Assembly (NCBI RefSeq): GCF_009914755.1
Contig: NC_060925.1
Reading direction: 5' to 3' (one strand)
Source: the human T2T-CHM13v2.0 reference genome, Homo sapiens
DNA: 64,000 nucleotides
A model generated the notes under the pieces. The model was not told the DNA's origin and did not search any database. It worked only from the letters and a program-made list of their open reading frames with translations. Within the stretch, counting starts at the first letter, position 1. Every line of letters starts with the position of its first letter. Shown one piece after another: positions 1-17,580 of this stretch. Position numbers and translations under genes: made by a program.

Positions 1-2112
1 TAAGCCCCTCACGGTGAAAGCACAAAAATCAGAGGCCAGGAAATTGGCAGCTACGTATTTTAAATAGGATTTCGGTAATCTTTGGCTGGTCTTTCCTAAC
101 AATGTTGAAGTTGATATTTTGTAACTTAACATTGGTTCTAGTTCTGCCTGGTGAGTAGCTCTAATCTCATTTTCATTATGTGAGAAAACACTTATTAATT
201 AGTAGAAACTATTGGCAAACTTGATATAGTTGTGAATGAATAATGTAAATCCCTAGTGGGGCCCTTCCCAAACCCTTGCTCCCCTTCCTAAATAAGCAAA
301 CAGAGGGAAATTTCTGATTTTAGTGGGATGATGTACCACTGATTACCCAACATTGCTTATGACTTTACCATTAAGATTTATAATGAAAACTCTTTTATCT
401 ATATGTAACAGGAATTAAACTTTATGCAACAAGTTAAATAACAAACTTTCTCGATATCCAAATGAGTGCTTTCTTTATCCAAGTTCATCAGTGTAGGGGA
501 AAGTCCTAACCTTATTTCAAAAATGTGCAAAATATTTTGTAATAACTAGGTAATTCTAAAAACATATAAGGAATTATCTGAAGTTAAGTGTGGTGAGTGA
601 AGTGGATGATTGATAGTCATTTGGGAGCAGTAAAGTGGGTAAGAGTAAAAATTAATGAGACAGTCTTCTTCACGTGGTTCAAAAAACAGCTTCTGAAGGC
701 AGTTTCCCTGGAAGAGCTCCAGAAGTGTTCTTGTATGTGGCAGTAAAGAAAGACAATACTCCTGATGACTGGTAACCAAGTAATGCTGGCTTAAACAGTT
801 ACTTATGTGATAATCAAACTTCCCTTGCTGATATAAAAGTTTTTATGTATTCTTGGTTTGATCACTCCTAATTTGTCTGCATGCAAGGAGAACCAGACTT
901 AAGGTAGGATCCACTCATTTACTGACTGATTGCTTATTGAATGCCTTCTCTGTGCTGGACAGTAGGAGTAAGATGAGGAGCACTGTGGACTTTGTCCCTG
1001 CCCTCATACATTTATGATAAGGGGTTGTGGGGTCAGGGCATGGAAAAAACAAAAGGCAAATCTTTAAGACAAACTGATTGGAAACTACTGCTATTGGTTA
1101 AATACACCCACATGTTGAGATAATTTGTACTTTCCCAAAACATTATCTTGATAACATTATAGTCCCAGAAAGCGTTAGGGAATGTAGTAATGAAACTTTG
1201 GCAGGTCTTGTGCCTCTACAATGTTTGTGTTGCTCATGACCTTTGTACATGAATGCTTTTGCCCATGTGGCCAGTCAAAAAATGACCTGGTTGACCTGTT
1301 TTTCCAAAAGACCTTTGACCAAATCTTTGATGGACAAACAGAGAATCATGTTTTCAAGAAGGATCTACTTGCAAGCAAAGTTCTATAGTGTAGTCAGGGA
1401 AGGCTCTATGAAGTAATGAACTCTTCTGGCAAAGATCTGAAGGATGAGTAGAAAATAGTCTGGTCATGAGCTAGGGGAAGTGATTTACAGGCAGGAGTAG
1501 CATGTGGAATACAGAATAATTTGACTTTAATAAATTTCAAATGGTAAAAATTTTCCAAAGTTCAAAATAGAAACATAACATCCCGTGATATTAGAAAATC
1601 TCATTACTTTACTTTAGTCTGGCCAGAAATGTGTCAAGAGGAAGACTTCAAAGAGGTAGATTTCATCTCTCTGGCCTGTAAACAAAATGCCCAAAACACT
1701 TCCCCAAGGCTTAAAGTCAGTTTGTAATTACTCTTTTCATCACCTCAGAAGAATTTCCAAACTTTAGTAACGTAGTAAAATTTTTTTTGGCCTTTGTGAA
1801 TAAATACTATGAAATTTGGTTCAAAAGATAAAGCAAAGAGCAACTGAGGTCTTCAAAACATCATGTATCTAGAAGGTATTACCAAACATCCGTTTTTTTT
1901 TAAAAAGCATAAGGCATAAAATCAATTCACTAATGTCATGCTAGAGTGAGGTAGTAAAATGAGGCAACTCAGACCAGATGGTGTAATTCATAAACAGGGC
2001 TGTCATTTGGGAAAACGGGTGGAGTGGATGGAGAAATTAACTTGCAGTCTTTCCCCTTCCATTTCTTCCCAATCCAACTAACCTTATTCCTCTGGGTCAT
2101 TTAGCTGTGGCT

Positions 2113-2115
<3 letters not shown>

Positions 2116-2164
<49 letters not shown>

Positions 2165-2191
2165 TGTATATATATAATATATATATAATAT
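2116..2191. repeat. (CA)n microsatellite followed by TA-rich repeat
   Basis: Directly visible. Confidence 0.95.
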
Positions 2192-4433
2192 ACTTTTTAC
2201 TTATAGCCATAGGTAAATGGTGAATGAAGTAGATGATTGACCTGTGTGCATAGCACACAGCATTGCTATTTGATGTTTGATGAAATATCAATGCTCTCAG
2301 AATAAATAATTAAATGAGTGTATATATATAGACACACACACACACACACACACACATATATTTCTTTTTTAAAAGAGTGTAATTGATGCCAAAGCCACTT
2401 TCTCTTCAGAGCTGCTTAACTACATGAAGAGTGTGCACCAACCTGGGGTTGCAAAGAGTTCTCTACCTTGTCCGGCTTCTGGAAAGGATGTGCGCTTTGC
2501 TCAATGGGGAATGGATAAGATGAGGATGTCCCACTGCTGGTTGGTTAGTACATTTTTGTAGATGAAGCAAAGCACATCTGTTCTTATACAGAATCTCATC
2601 TTTAAAAGGGACCTCAGATAGCATCTAATTCAAAAACTCATCTAATGCAGTGCAGTATTCCTCTAAGATACATACATAAATGCTGGCTAAATGCCCCCAG
2701 GGATGGAAGTTTACTGCCTCACAAGGCAGCCAATTATCTTTCTGACAGGTGCCATTCTTCCTAATACTGAGGTAAAGTCCATTGTTCTTTAGCTTCCACA
2801 AAAAGCAGTGATAATACTCTTGACGGCTTGCCCTGTGCCAGGGTCTGTGCCAAGGAGCTTCATATGCATTGTTTGTAACACTTGCAACATTAGTGGCAGG
2901 CAGGGATCATCCTGCACATTTTACAGGTGAGGGAACTGGCACAAGGTCACACAGCTAAGAGAGAAGGATCTAGTCTGGCTAAATCCAATGCCTAGGCCAA
3001 TTTCTTGACACCATGCATAATTCCTGTTTCAAATTTCTATATGTGAAGGCACCTTTTAGACTCTTCTGTTTTCTCATTGATTTCTCATATGGCATGCCTT
3101 CCAATGCTTTCAGAATATGCTATGACAGTATCTCTATAAAAATATAAATCAATACAAAAGTTATTGACCCCTAGAAAATGACGATCACATACTTCAATTA
3201 AAATGAGTAGTACAAAGAGACTTCCTTGAATCTTTTAATAATGGCATTTATTTTTACATAATAACAGCAGCATATTGGTTAAGACATGGATTTAGGTAGA
3301 TTTGACACCTGGTTTCAACATTCATTAGCTGTCAGATTCGGGGCATTTTATCTAACTTCTCAAATTATCAGTTTCTCACTTACAATGTGGGGATGATGAT
3401 GATGCCTATGTTTTAGAATTGTGAGACTTGACATAGTACATATAAAGCACTTAGTATGATGCTGGCAGTATCTTCAATAAATGGTATTATTATTTCTTTA
3501 TTTGCAGCAAACCAAAACCCGTATGATTGTTGTCAAGTAAGACTTCCCCTACATCATGTTTGTAAATTAGAATGTTAGCTATAATTATAAGAAATTGAAA
3601 AATTCATGTTGTCTAATCAATATTACATTTTAGCCAGTAGTTTCAGCCAGGATCTTGGTTCTCTCATTAAATATACTGGTAATCTTTTTCAATTTTGTGT
3701 CACCTGCAATTGTTAAACATATTTTCAGTATCTTTATCCAAGTTGTTGCTAAAAGTGATTGAACAGGGAAATCAATGTTTGTTCCCATCTGTGGGTGCTG
3801 TTAACAGCTTCGTATGTGTGTTTTACAGTCACATATGTAATTTTCCCTGTGCTTTTCTGTCTATATCATACACTTGTTGTATCCCCTAGTGATCTCTGAA
3901 GTTTTAAGCTGTCTTTGACCTATGATTCTGTACATCTCCTGATATTGACATAGCTGAATCTATTAACTAACTTCTAAAATGGAAACCAGGACACCTGGGG
4001 CTCAGCACTAGCCTTTCCCCAGTGTACTTAAGCCCTCTGTGGCTCCATTTTTCATACTTTTAAAACTGAGCAAATATTTGCCCTCTCCTTCCTTTCAATG
4101 ATATGGTGAAAATGAATTTAAAGCAATTATAAAAAGGACATGTGTTCTTATAATTGGTAGCATATCATTTACAGAGAAATTCCTCATCTGGTCACTATCT
4201 AAGTAGCTAAACAACTAAACATTAGCAAGAGAAGTCTTTGAGCAGTCAATGTAAATGACACCAAGTCTATGCATTTATCATGTGCTTTACTCATAGACTC
4301 ATACTTATTCACAGTCCCATTACATACACACATCTAACAAGCTTGTTTATTTCATTTCCCAGTCCACAGCCAAATAGAGGAAGAAAGTGGATGGAGACTG
4401 CCCAAAGTGGGTAAATTGAAAGTAGCAAGAAAA

Positions 4434-4806
<373 letters not shown>

Positions 4807-5442
4807 TCAAAAAGTAAAGAAGCCTGAGACCACTAATTAAAGGGGAAAGATAGCCTTAAACATCAGTTTTCAAGAACATTACTGAATTACAAGTTAATAC
4901 TATAATTGATGTTCAAAATGATTATTCATTATTGTGTTGGACTTCCGTGTTTTCACATGCTCAGCATTCATTCTGCTCTCCTCTGGAGGCAGCACTATGA
5001 TTTTTCTTCAGAAAATTACCCTTCCCAATTTGTATTCTGTTCCAAAGGAACCATCATGTAAGGAGCTTTCCCATCTCCTGAACAAGGCTGAGCTTATGGT
5101 CCAAGACAAGTCAGTCACCTTTTTGCAGGAATTTGGATGTTGAGCAGAGCCAACACAAAGCTACTGGGCTGGCTCATCCTTATGGTGGTATCCTGAATTC
5201 TTCCCTTCCACGTAGAACCCTGGAGCTGCATGGTCCCTGACCTTTTCAAGACTGGTTGTCCAATTTTCTTTTAATTTGGAAGACTACTTTAAAACATTCT
5301 AATAAAATATGTTAGTCAAAGGTGGTCTTTGGCTGCTCACAGCTTGTGTTTCATAACTGACACAGATTCATTAAAGGGATCAATTTTGTTCTATATGCAG
5401 TGTTCAAAAAGCCACAGATATTTGTAATAAAAATTAAAAATA

Positions 5443-5779
<337 letters not shown>

Positions 5780-8567
5780 TTAAAATAGAATTGAAAACCT
5801 TTAGCATTAAAGGGATGTTTCCATTATAAATAAGTTACTAATTTCCTAACCATACTAGATGAATGAGTTGTTATTGCATACAAATCCAAAAATTATTACA
5901 TTTTATTGTAGCTTGAATATATCTTGGTGAACTCATTTTCTTAGAGTGGCTCTGGTTAGCTCTTTATTAAAATGACAACTGATGTCACAGAAGCTGCCTG
6001 AGGACACATCTAAAATGAACATGCTTTTAGTGGTGGTTAAAATACTTTGAACAGTCAACAAATATTTACAGCTCTTTTTGTGTAACGTGCTGTACTAAGT
6101 GCTGGGATAAAGCAGTGAACGGGGTGGACATAGCCTCAGAACTCCCGGAGCTTGTGGTCCAATAGCTCAGTAAAGGTCTACTGAATGAAAGGGAGACTTC
6201 CCTTTGCTCACAATGAGGTCATTCCTCATGTTTTTGCCAATGTATTTTTCCTGCCTGGATAATCCACCCTCTGACCTTTATCCACATCCTTCACCCATTT
6301 CTTTTTCAAGGTCCAGATCAAACAGCAAGTTCTCCACTAAGCCTCTAACAATAATAACACTGATGGCAGCTAAACATTTATTGAGCCTGATGCTAACCTC
6401 TTTACATGGATTACATAACTCATTTCTCACAATGCACTATGAGATATTTACATATAATTCTTCAGTAACCCAATTGAGGGGAATTGCAGGGCAATTAAAA
6501 AATACGTATAACTTAAAATGTTGAACTCAGCATGCCCAGAACTACTAGAATCTTTTTGAGCATAGAACTTAAAATGTAAGGTGCGAAGAAAACAATTTTA
6601 TATTTTACTGTGCCTCAGAATTGCTTGGTGGGGTCTTTTAAGAAATAAAGATGCCAGAGTACATTGTCAAAATTTCCAACTAATTAAAAACACACAAGCA
6701 CACATATGCAGAACACAGTACAGAAAATTGCCGCAAATATCTTCTAAAGATAACCACAAATTGCACTTTATGTGTTTCCATTCAGTTTTTCTTCTTTTTT
6801 TGTAGCTATAATCTTTTAGACATAATTTTAGGATAGGTATCACCTTATCAGTGAGATCTTTCCTTACCCACCTCCATTCCCTGTCCTCATTACTGCTTAA
6901 GTTTTCTCCAAAGAATTTCTTACCTTCTATTTATTAATTACTTTTTAATTTACTTTGCTTCCTCAGAGTAACTTATCTCCCCACCTCCCCGTGGCCCCAC
7001 TTCCACATACATACTAGAATGTCAGCTCCATAAGGGCAGAGATTTTTGTCTACTTTGCTCACTTCAGTATCTACAGTCGTTAACAGAGTGCCTGGCATGG
7101 AGAGGTAGCTTAGTATCTCTTTGTCCAATGATGGATACCTGAATGAATACAACTGTCAAAGTGCCCTTCAGAAATGCTGTACTATTTCCACTTCTACACG
7201 AAGGGTAAGGCAGTGCCATGTGAAAGGTATATTTTTAATGGGTGGGACCTTGAGTCATCCCTTGAATGCCACCTGGGATCTCTGTGGCAGGCACTTGCAA
7301 CACCAAAGGAGTGTACACTGTGCCTGGGGCCAAGGGCAGGTGCCATACACAAGTGCAAGGCCATACTGAAGAGGCCACCTGCCCTCAAATGGGTTCAACA
7401 GGAATGCTTTTTAAAGCAATGCCCCAAAATTGGTTTTAGCACTTGATTGTATAACCTGACCACATTATGAGTTCTGGAATTTGTTCAGGGCTGTGTCCTG
7501 TTTCCTTTAGATCACATCTTTCTCTCACCCAGATTGCCTAATTTTTGAACTTTTAAAGAGCAGAGTACTGCTTTCAGTGCTATTTAGTCATTTCCCACAG
7601 CTCTTCATCCCTTTAGAGTAGCTTTTATAGTTACTTGGGCCATTTTGGGTAGTGGACATTGGATTACTATTTTTGTTCAACCAAATAAATGGAAGGCTTC
7701 TTAGTATTATTAATGCTCAAAACATGCAACCCACACTCCTATTATGCAATTGAATATTGTTTTGAAGTCATCCTGTAATTACAAGATTTCCTTCCAAATC
7801 AGACAATAGGTCTGAAAGTAGTAATTTTGACCTAAATATGTGCAAGAGCTTGAAGGGCTTCTTATAAAAACTAAGAGGAAGACCAAGTTTAGTGGAAGAA
7901 CACCCAGGCTAGGATTTGGGAGACCTGGGTCCCACTGACATCTCTGCCAATTATTGGCTCTCCAAGTCCCCCTTTGGTTGGGTAATGGGGCCGTCCATCC
8001 TAACTCACTCTATTATGTGGAATATAAATATGGGAATCACAATGAAAACTGTAAAATTATATTACATCTAAAAGGCTGCCATGTTTTCTTAAACACTGGT
8101 TAATTATGGTAGGTAGAAAGAGGTCTTTTGAAGGCTTTTAGAGCTCATTTTCCCAAATTGTTTTGTGTGGACCTCTGCTTCAGGGAGATGTATTTAGTCA
8201 GCTTTTGCTGCATGCCAACTTCAATATCAAAGTGGCTCATATTCCATACACATTCCTATGCTTGCTCGTCTGCAGTTCAGTTAGAGTTCAGTCCTGAAGT
8301 TTAAGTTGAAAGGAAGAAACTTGATCTTAGTGGGTACTTAATCTGTTCAGCTCACTAAAAACAAAAACAAAAACAGCTCAGTTGTATGGAAGGAGCATGT
8401 TAACCACAAAAAGTAGGGGTAGACCAGAAAGAAGTAAGCTAGAAGGTGGGTTTTGGAATGAGATCAGCGCCAGTGAATCTACCCTTCAGTTCTAGATTTG
8501 AGAAAAGTAGTCAACCACCATACCAATGGGCAACAAGTAGGACCAATGGAAACTGTACTCACCCCAC

Positions 8568-8600
8568 CTGTTGAAAACCTGGAGTTTGAGTAGGTCTTGC
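8568..8600 (-). pseudogene. 33-nt micro-exon, copy B (ARPTQTPGFQQ if phase 0)
   Basis: Acceptor tttttttcttctccactccttcttacacaag|, donor CAG|GTGGGG; a further acceptor follows 76 nt on, at 8491. Confidence 0.5.
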
Positions 8601-9858
8601 CTTGTGTAAGAAGGAGTGGAGAAGAAAAAAATCACACCCTACATTTGGTCAGGGCCAAACAAGATTGAGGACAAATAGAACTTTGTGTTAAAATACTTGT
8701 CCCAGGTCCAGTTTCGTTTTGCAGGATTCAGAAAGAGTTGTGTTTGTTTAATACAGTCTTATAAAGAATTTCCAATCCCAGAGGATTCATGAAGCAAAGT
8801 GATGCTACAGCTTCCACGGTGTGTATGTCAGAGCAGGCAGGATTTTGGAGATTGTATATCCCAACACTGTAATTTCACAAATGGAAAAAGGCACAGGGAG
8901 GAAAATAAAGCTCAGGATTATTCAGTTGGAGGAGATAGAAATGCACCTAAGTCCCATAGCTCTTAGTACAGGACATATTTTTTTTTACAATAGCAGCAGC
9001 AGCAGCATTATTAAATAATGATCATGGAACATTTATGAATCTAGGCATAGTTCTAAGTATTCTATATGGATTATGACTTTTATGCCTTATAATAGCCCAT
9101 AGAGGTACACTTCCCCTTTGTACAGGTGAGGAAACCGAGAGAGGCAGAGAGGTTAATAAACTTGTCCCCAGAGTAACATGTAAGAAAATGATAGAGATAG
9201 GACATATCATGAAGCAATTTCCAAAGCGTATCTGGCATATACCAGCTTCGCTTCCAGAGACATCTACCTGACCAGAGGTAGAGCAGTAGTTTACACTTCT
9301 TCACTTGTTCAGACAATAAAGAAAATGGGTTTTGAGGAAGCCCTGTATGCCTTTCTAAAAGTGCTTTCTAAGACAGAGTACATATTTCCTGATCTTCTGT
9401 ATATCCGTCATCAAACTCAACTGTCATCTTCTTAATGCCAGGTAGATACTAAACCACAAATCCTCCAAAACAACTGGGCAGAAAGTAGAAGACAATCAGC
9501 AGCATTCACTGCTTTCTAAGAAGGCAATTCCCAGGAATACAGTCCTGAAGGTTTAAGTTGAAAAAGAAACTTGATCTTAGTAGGTATGTAATCAGTTTAG
9601 CTCACTAAAAACAAAACAAAACAAGACAAAAAACAAACAAACAAACAAACAAAAAAACAACTCTGTCAGGTGGAAGGAACGTGAAACGTGTTAACCCATG
9701 AAAAACAGAAGCAGGCCAGAAGGAAGCCAGCTAGAATCTAGGGTTTAGAATGCGAGCAGTGCCTGTCAATCTACCCTTCAGTTCTAGATTTGAGAAAAGT
9801 AGTCAACCACCACACCAATGGACAATGAGCAGGACCAACAGAAACTCCATCCACCTAC

Positions 9859-9891
9859 CTATTGAAAACCTGGAGCTTTAATAGGTCTTGC
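9859..9891 (-). pseudogene. 33-nt micro-exon, copy A (ARPIKAPGFQ* if phase 0)
   Basis: Long pyrimidine tract + caag| acceptor, donor TAG|GTAGGT; a further acceptor follows 75 nt on, at 9783. Confidence 0.5.
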
Positions 9892-10640
9892 CTTGTTCAA
9901 GAAGTAGAGAAGAAAAATAAAACAATTCCTACGGTAGAAAAAAAAAAGATACTGTGCAACAAAGAAAAACCGTATCGAGATGGTTTTTGAAGAAGAATAC
10001 ACATGTGAAAACCAGCTAGTCTGGGATCCAGAAAAATATTTAAGAAATAGTCTGGCATCCTCAGAAAAGTACAAGAAGATATGGTGTCTATGAACCAGGA
10101 GCTGCATGGAGACAGATGTATCCAGTAAGGACTAGAGTGAAGCTAAAATATAATGGAAGGGAGACAAAACACTCCCTATCTCTGGAAACAAAATAAAATG
10201 GAATACAGGGTGCCAGTTAACCCTTGCAGTAAATGATAATTTAAAAGGAAAATACAAAATACCCACAGGTGAATGATAACGAAAGTATCTCATATCAAAA
10301 TTTACTGGAAGTCGCTAAGGCAGAGGAAATTTATAGGTTTGAGTAGATTTTCTGTTTTTCCTATTTATTTATATATTAAAGATATATACATGAGGATATT
10401 TATCCCCATTTTACAAAAGAGGAAAAAGAAGCTAAGAGAAGTTGAGTAGCTTGTCAAAGTTCACACTACCAGTAATAGCAGAGCCAGGATCTGAACCAGG
10501 AGGTCTGGTTCACTCTTAATAAGACAGAAAAGTCTCTAGCAAGGTTAAGAAAAAAAGAAAAGATATGAATAAGCAAAATACATGATAAAGAGAGAAAGAA
10601 AAAAATGTTTTGAACAACTAGCTTACACTCCAATAAATAC

Positions 10641-11039
10641 GTATATATTAGTTTCCTAGAGCTCTTATAACAAAATACCATAGACTGAGTGGCTTAAGCA
10701 ACAGAAATGCATTTTCTCACAGCTTTGGAGGCTAGAAGTCTAAGATCAAGGTGTTGGTAGGTTTGGTTTCCCCTGAGGCCTCTCTCCTTGGCTTGCAGAT
10801 GACTGACTGCCTTCCTACTGTATCCTCACGTGGTCTTTCTTCTGTGTGCAGGCATGCCTGCTGTCACATGTATCTCCTTATAACAACAGCAGGCAGGTTA
10901 GATTTGGGCCCACCCTAACAGCCTCATTTTAACATAATCACCTCTCTGAAGGCCCTATCTCTAAATACAGTCACAATTCGAGGAATTGAGGATTAAGACT
11001 TTATATGAATTTTCTAGGAATATGATTCAGCCCATAACA
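10641..11039 (-). mobile_element. MaLR LTR (MLT1A/B-like)
   Basis: tattagtttcct...ggcttaagcaacagaaat...gaagtctaagatcaaggtg...cccataaca. Confidence 0.8.
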
Positions 11040-11099
11040 GTCTAGAAAAGTGGGTTTCGGGGAAAAAAACCCCACAACTTCCCAGCATAAATGTGAAAT

Positions 11100-13150
<2,051 letters not shown>

Positions 13151-13661
13151 GATTCAGCATGGAATTAACCTAAAGGAATAAGGCCTGTCTCCTAAGTTTT
13201 TGAGGGAGTTACGATATCACAACAACCTTAGGCTTGTGTGGCATCAGCCTGTGAATATTAACTTATATCAAGGCCACCGCTATAAAATCAAAGTCCTTAA
13301 AATGCCCTACCAGGACTTGGTATGTATGATCTGGTTCTCCCTTGCTTCTCTAATCTCACTTGTTACTACTTTCCCATCACTCTTGCCATCCTCAGTCCTT
13401 GGAAGTATTTCTCGATTATTCTTTTATATTTGCCATTCCCTCTTACCGGAATATCCATCCTCCAGATATCCACATGGCTCTGTCTCTTCATTCATTCTAG
13501 TGCCTGCTGAAAGGTCATCTTTTTAAGATGATTTCTCTGATAATTTTATCTGAAAAGTGACCACCCATCCTACTTGTCACTATCTTCTTCCTTGTTTTTT
13601 TTTCTTTATAACCTTCATCATGACTTTACATTTTAAATTTTTAATTTTTTCCCTTCTCTCC

Positions 13662-13929
<268 letters not shown>

Positions 13930-14203
13930 TAGTTCCCAGATTACTTGGCCCATAGTAGGAGCTTAATATTTGTGTAATCAGGGGACATGAAATTCCTTAT
14001 AAGCTCTTATTTAATAGAATTAACAAAATATTTTACTTCTAGATTTTAAAATCTAATTTACTAACATCATTTGGGAATTTTGTTACATATACATGCCTCC
14101 CACACTTTTTTTTTTAAAAAAGAGTTCGTTTATCACACACTTGTTTTTTAAACTAATGATTTGCTTTCAAGTCAGTGTTGTCACACGTCCAAGGTTTTCC
14201 TAC

Positions 14204-14289
14204 ATTCTGGTCAATATTTATTCTATTGTGGACTGTACAAAGAGAGCGTCATCAGTTGTTCCTTTAACACTGAGACTTGTCAATATGAA
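14204..14289 (-). pseudogene. Possible pseudo-exon 15, phase 1->0
   Basis: Strong acceptor tcattctttcctag|, donor AAT|GTAGGA; three stops in the expected frame. Confidence 0.35.
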
Positions 14290-15289
14290 CTAGGAAAGAA
14301 TGATGATAAAGAACACCGAAGGTACAGGAGGACTCTGGGTGAGGCATAGTGCCATCAGATCAGAATCCTGAATATTTCATGCAACTGAAAAGCCTCTGGC
14401 TTCAATAATAACTCATGGGGAAGGAAAGTTGTTCCACACCCAAAGAGATCATATTTTGTAACAAGCCAATGAGATCAAGATTTGTTTAGGTCAATTTCAG
14501 AGCAAACATAGGTTATCAGATGCATCCTTCAATATGGTTTACTAGAATCTGAAAATTGCATGCTTCTTTTGAAGAAAAGGATGGTTAAAGGATACTGCTA
14601 TGATTTTTATTCTGAAATTCATCACAATACTGTATATGTTTATAAGGAAATCTGCTATCTGGTCAGTGAAAGGAACTATCTTTCAGACAACTAAATTCAT
14701 GTTTGTTTCATATGACCAAAAATGCAGACAGAAGCCGGATAGTAAAGATGCCAGGCAGAGAGAATACACTTGAAGTAGTTGGAAACTACTTGGGTTTAAA
14801 TTATTGGTTGAAATCTACTGGGGTTCAAATTCCATCCATGCCACTCACTGTTTGACATTGATCAATTTAGCTAACTCCTCTAAGTCTCAATCTTTTCATC
14901 CATAAAGCATTTCTTCATCTATAAAACAGGGAAGAGTAATGAGAAAATTCAGATAAAGCAGTCAACACACGTTCATAATTATGTTAATTTACAACTAACG
15001 TATCTTGAATGCTTACCATGGGCCAGGCACTGACTGGGCTAAGTGCCTTATGTATATTTTTTTCTTTTTTAATCATTATGTGCAGTAGGTGTTGTGATTA
15101 TATCCTTTTTACAAATGAAATAAAAGGCAAAGATGAGGGAGCCAGGACCCAAACCCTCTGCCCTGTGGTGGGCCCCAAAGTCTGCATTTGAAATTCTTGG
15201 CTTTCTTGCATCTTTCTGTTGCCATAGAGAGCATCACCATCACCTTTTAGATAGGAGGTGGGGTTCAGATGATCTTCAAGGTTGCTTAC

Positions 15290-15401
15290 ATAAATCTTTT
15301 CTTGTTGTCACATGCAGACACACAAACTCTCTCTCTCTCTCTTTCTGAGAGGTCAGCCCATTTTCCTGTCTGCTACAAGTTGTGCCATTTTCAGTATTGT
15401 T
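15290..15401 (-). pseudogene. Pseudo-exon 14 (NNTENGTTCSRQENGLTSQKEREREFVCLHVTTRKDL), phase 0->1
   Basis: Branch-like ctaat plus gattttag| acceptor, donor TAT|GTAAGC; 112 nt; open frame. Confidence 0.55.
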
Positions 15402-15739
15402 CTAAAATCAGATTAGTCACAATAGATCCTATAGTGCTTCCATTACCAATTTGTACAGTCAGTCTACAATATTGCTTATAAAAATGTTCTTTTGGAGCCA
15501 TTGTGGGTCTCTTTGAACATTTCTGCAATGTTGTCTGTACAGACAGTACATCCAAGAAGAATGAGGATGGGGAATGACGTAATTAAGCCTGTTGGGAAGC
15601 TCTCTCTCTAAGGTGAACTGGAGTGTCAGATGGAGTTACGGTGCTTCTGAACACCATTCCCCAAAGCTCCATTTTGGAATCTTAGATTTAAAAGGCACTT
15701 TAGCAAATACTGTAAACCTTTTCTCTCATGCTGAATTAC

Positions 15740-15895
15740 TTTGGTAATATTCTTCATAGTTATCTCCACTTGCTGTAGTTGGAGAGGGAAGCACAATCTT
15801 CTGGGAATTTTAACTTTATTTCTGGAATCTACTAACAGATAGTTCATTCAGCCGTTTTTCTTTATGCAACTTTCATTCTCTGATGTGAGTTCTGC
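15740..15895 (-). pseudogene. Pseudo-exon 13 (AELTSENESCIKKNG*MNYLLVDSRNKVKIPRRLCFPLQLQQVEITMKNITK), phase 0->0
   Basis: Acceptor ttctgttctgctttcaaag|, donor AAA|GTAATT; 156 nt; one TGA. Confidence 0.52.
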
Positions 15896-17580
15896 CTTTG
15901 AAAGCAGAACAGAATAGATATATATTTTGTTCATGAAAAACTTTAAAATTTGAAGGTAACAGTCAAATTTCACTCATGAGGCAGGGATTGGGTCTCATTT
16001 TGTGCTCCATTATAACCATAGCACCTAGCGCTGTGTAGGAAATATAGTTGGTACTCATTAAATTTCTTGATGAATGACTAAATGAGTTCTCTCTTTTCTC
16101 CACTAGAGTGACTGAAAGAAAGTATTATATTTCTTTGACATGTGAAGCATAAAATGTGACCATTAACTCTTCTCAAATGTGAGCTCCATGTGGTGAAGGA
16201 CCACATATCATATGTAAGCAGGTAAATTCATGATTGAGTGAATAAATCCTGAATGCTGCTCTAGTAGTGGTTGTAACGTTTTACCCTGCCACACTTGGCC
16301 ATGACTTGTTGGAGAAAAGGTAAACATCTGATTTAATCTGGGCCAATCAAATTCCTCTCCTGGGTATTTGGAATTAAGACCTATCTCTGGGGAGATGAGC
16401 TGAAAGTTCCAACACTAAGGCTGAAAGTGAGGACTAGTTAAAGCCTCATGGAGGCTAACGTTTCTAGGAGAACCAAGAGTAACAAAGATGAGAGACACGT
16501 GACCTCAGGGAGAACATGAGGTGGGCCATATGGCTGTCCAGATACCTGATGGCTTTCCAGCCCGTGGCTCCAGTTTCCATGATGGTCAGCTGTTCTTCAT
16601 TTCTTTGAGATCTCTGAATCCTTACAATAATCACCGTCCCACCCTGACAGAAAAACAGAGAAACACACACATGTGCTGTTATTGAAGGTTGCCTATGTTA
16701 GTTCTGTTCCTACCACTCTATAAAACAGTTTATTCAATCTAATATAACACTAATTCTTGACTCATATTCTGCGCACAGATAACTAAAACACCCAGATCTT
16801 TTCACACAAACTGCAGTTTAACCAATTGTATAATAGAATTTTTGGAAAGTTTGCTCATTCACCCATTCATTCAACAACAATATATTAAGCAACTACTGTA
16901 TGTGAATGGACTTTTTATAGTTTTTACTATTTGTCTGTCAGTTGTCACTTTTTGCTGCTGCGAAGGATGTTGTCTTTTCTTTCCATTTACTTATTAGCAG
17001 TGGAATTGAGTAATGATGAGTAAAATAAAAGCTCGTAAGCTCTGAATGTGGGCACTACATGATGTTTGTCATATCTATTTTGAGTGTGGAAAGAACATTT
17101 TGCCTACTGTCTGTTTCCCTCTTAGATTCTGGGTTGTTGTAGGTATAGTAAGTAAATATTGGATACTTGAATTGTTATGTGTGGTTTTATATATACATTT
17201 ATATGCATATATCTTATATAAATTTAAATCTAAATATATATACATAGCTAGGAAAAAACAAAGTAAGGTTGTACCAGAGTAAAGAAAAGTTGACCATATT
17301 TAAATAAATAAATGTGATTACATTTACAGACCAGCAGATGTACTTGGGACTGTCACCTCTGTGTATCTTGAATAAAACTGAAGGTTAAACTTGTCCCTTC
17401 ATTGGGCTTTAAATTAAAAATTTTTTTTTAAATTATCTTAGGTACATAATAGGTATATATATATTTATGGGCACATGTGATATTTTGATACAGGCTACAA
17501 TGTGTAACACCTCAGGGTAATTGGGGTATGCATCACTTCAAGCATGTATTATTTCTTTGTGTTAGGAACATTCCAATTCC

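Larger units (their letters stand above)
8289..9918. repeat. Local direct duplication (8289-8630 and 9540-9918)
   Basis: Two diverged copies sharing an identical ~45-bp core aatctacccttcagttctagatttgagaaaagtagtcaaccacca. Confidence 0.92.

Noticed and set aside
8380-8491. Hydrophobic C-terminal (GPI/TM-like) reading of the terminal exon
   Set aside because: Frame is ambiguous and differs between the duplicates; T-rich DNA yields hydrophobic codons by default.
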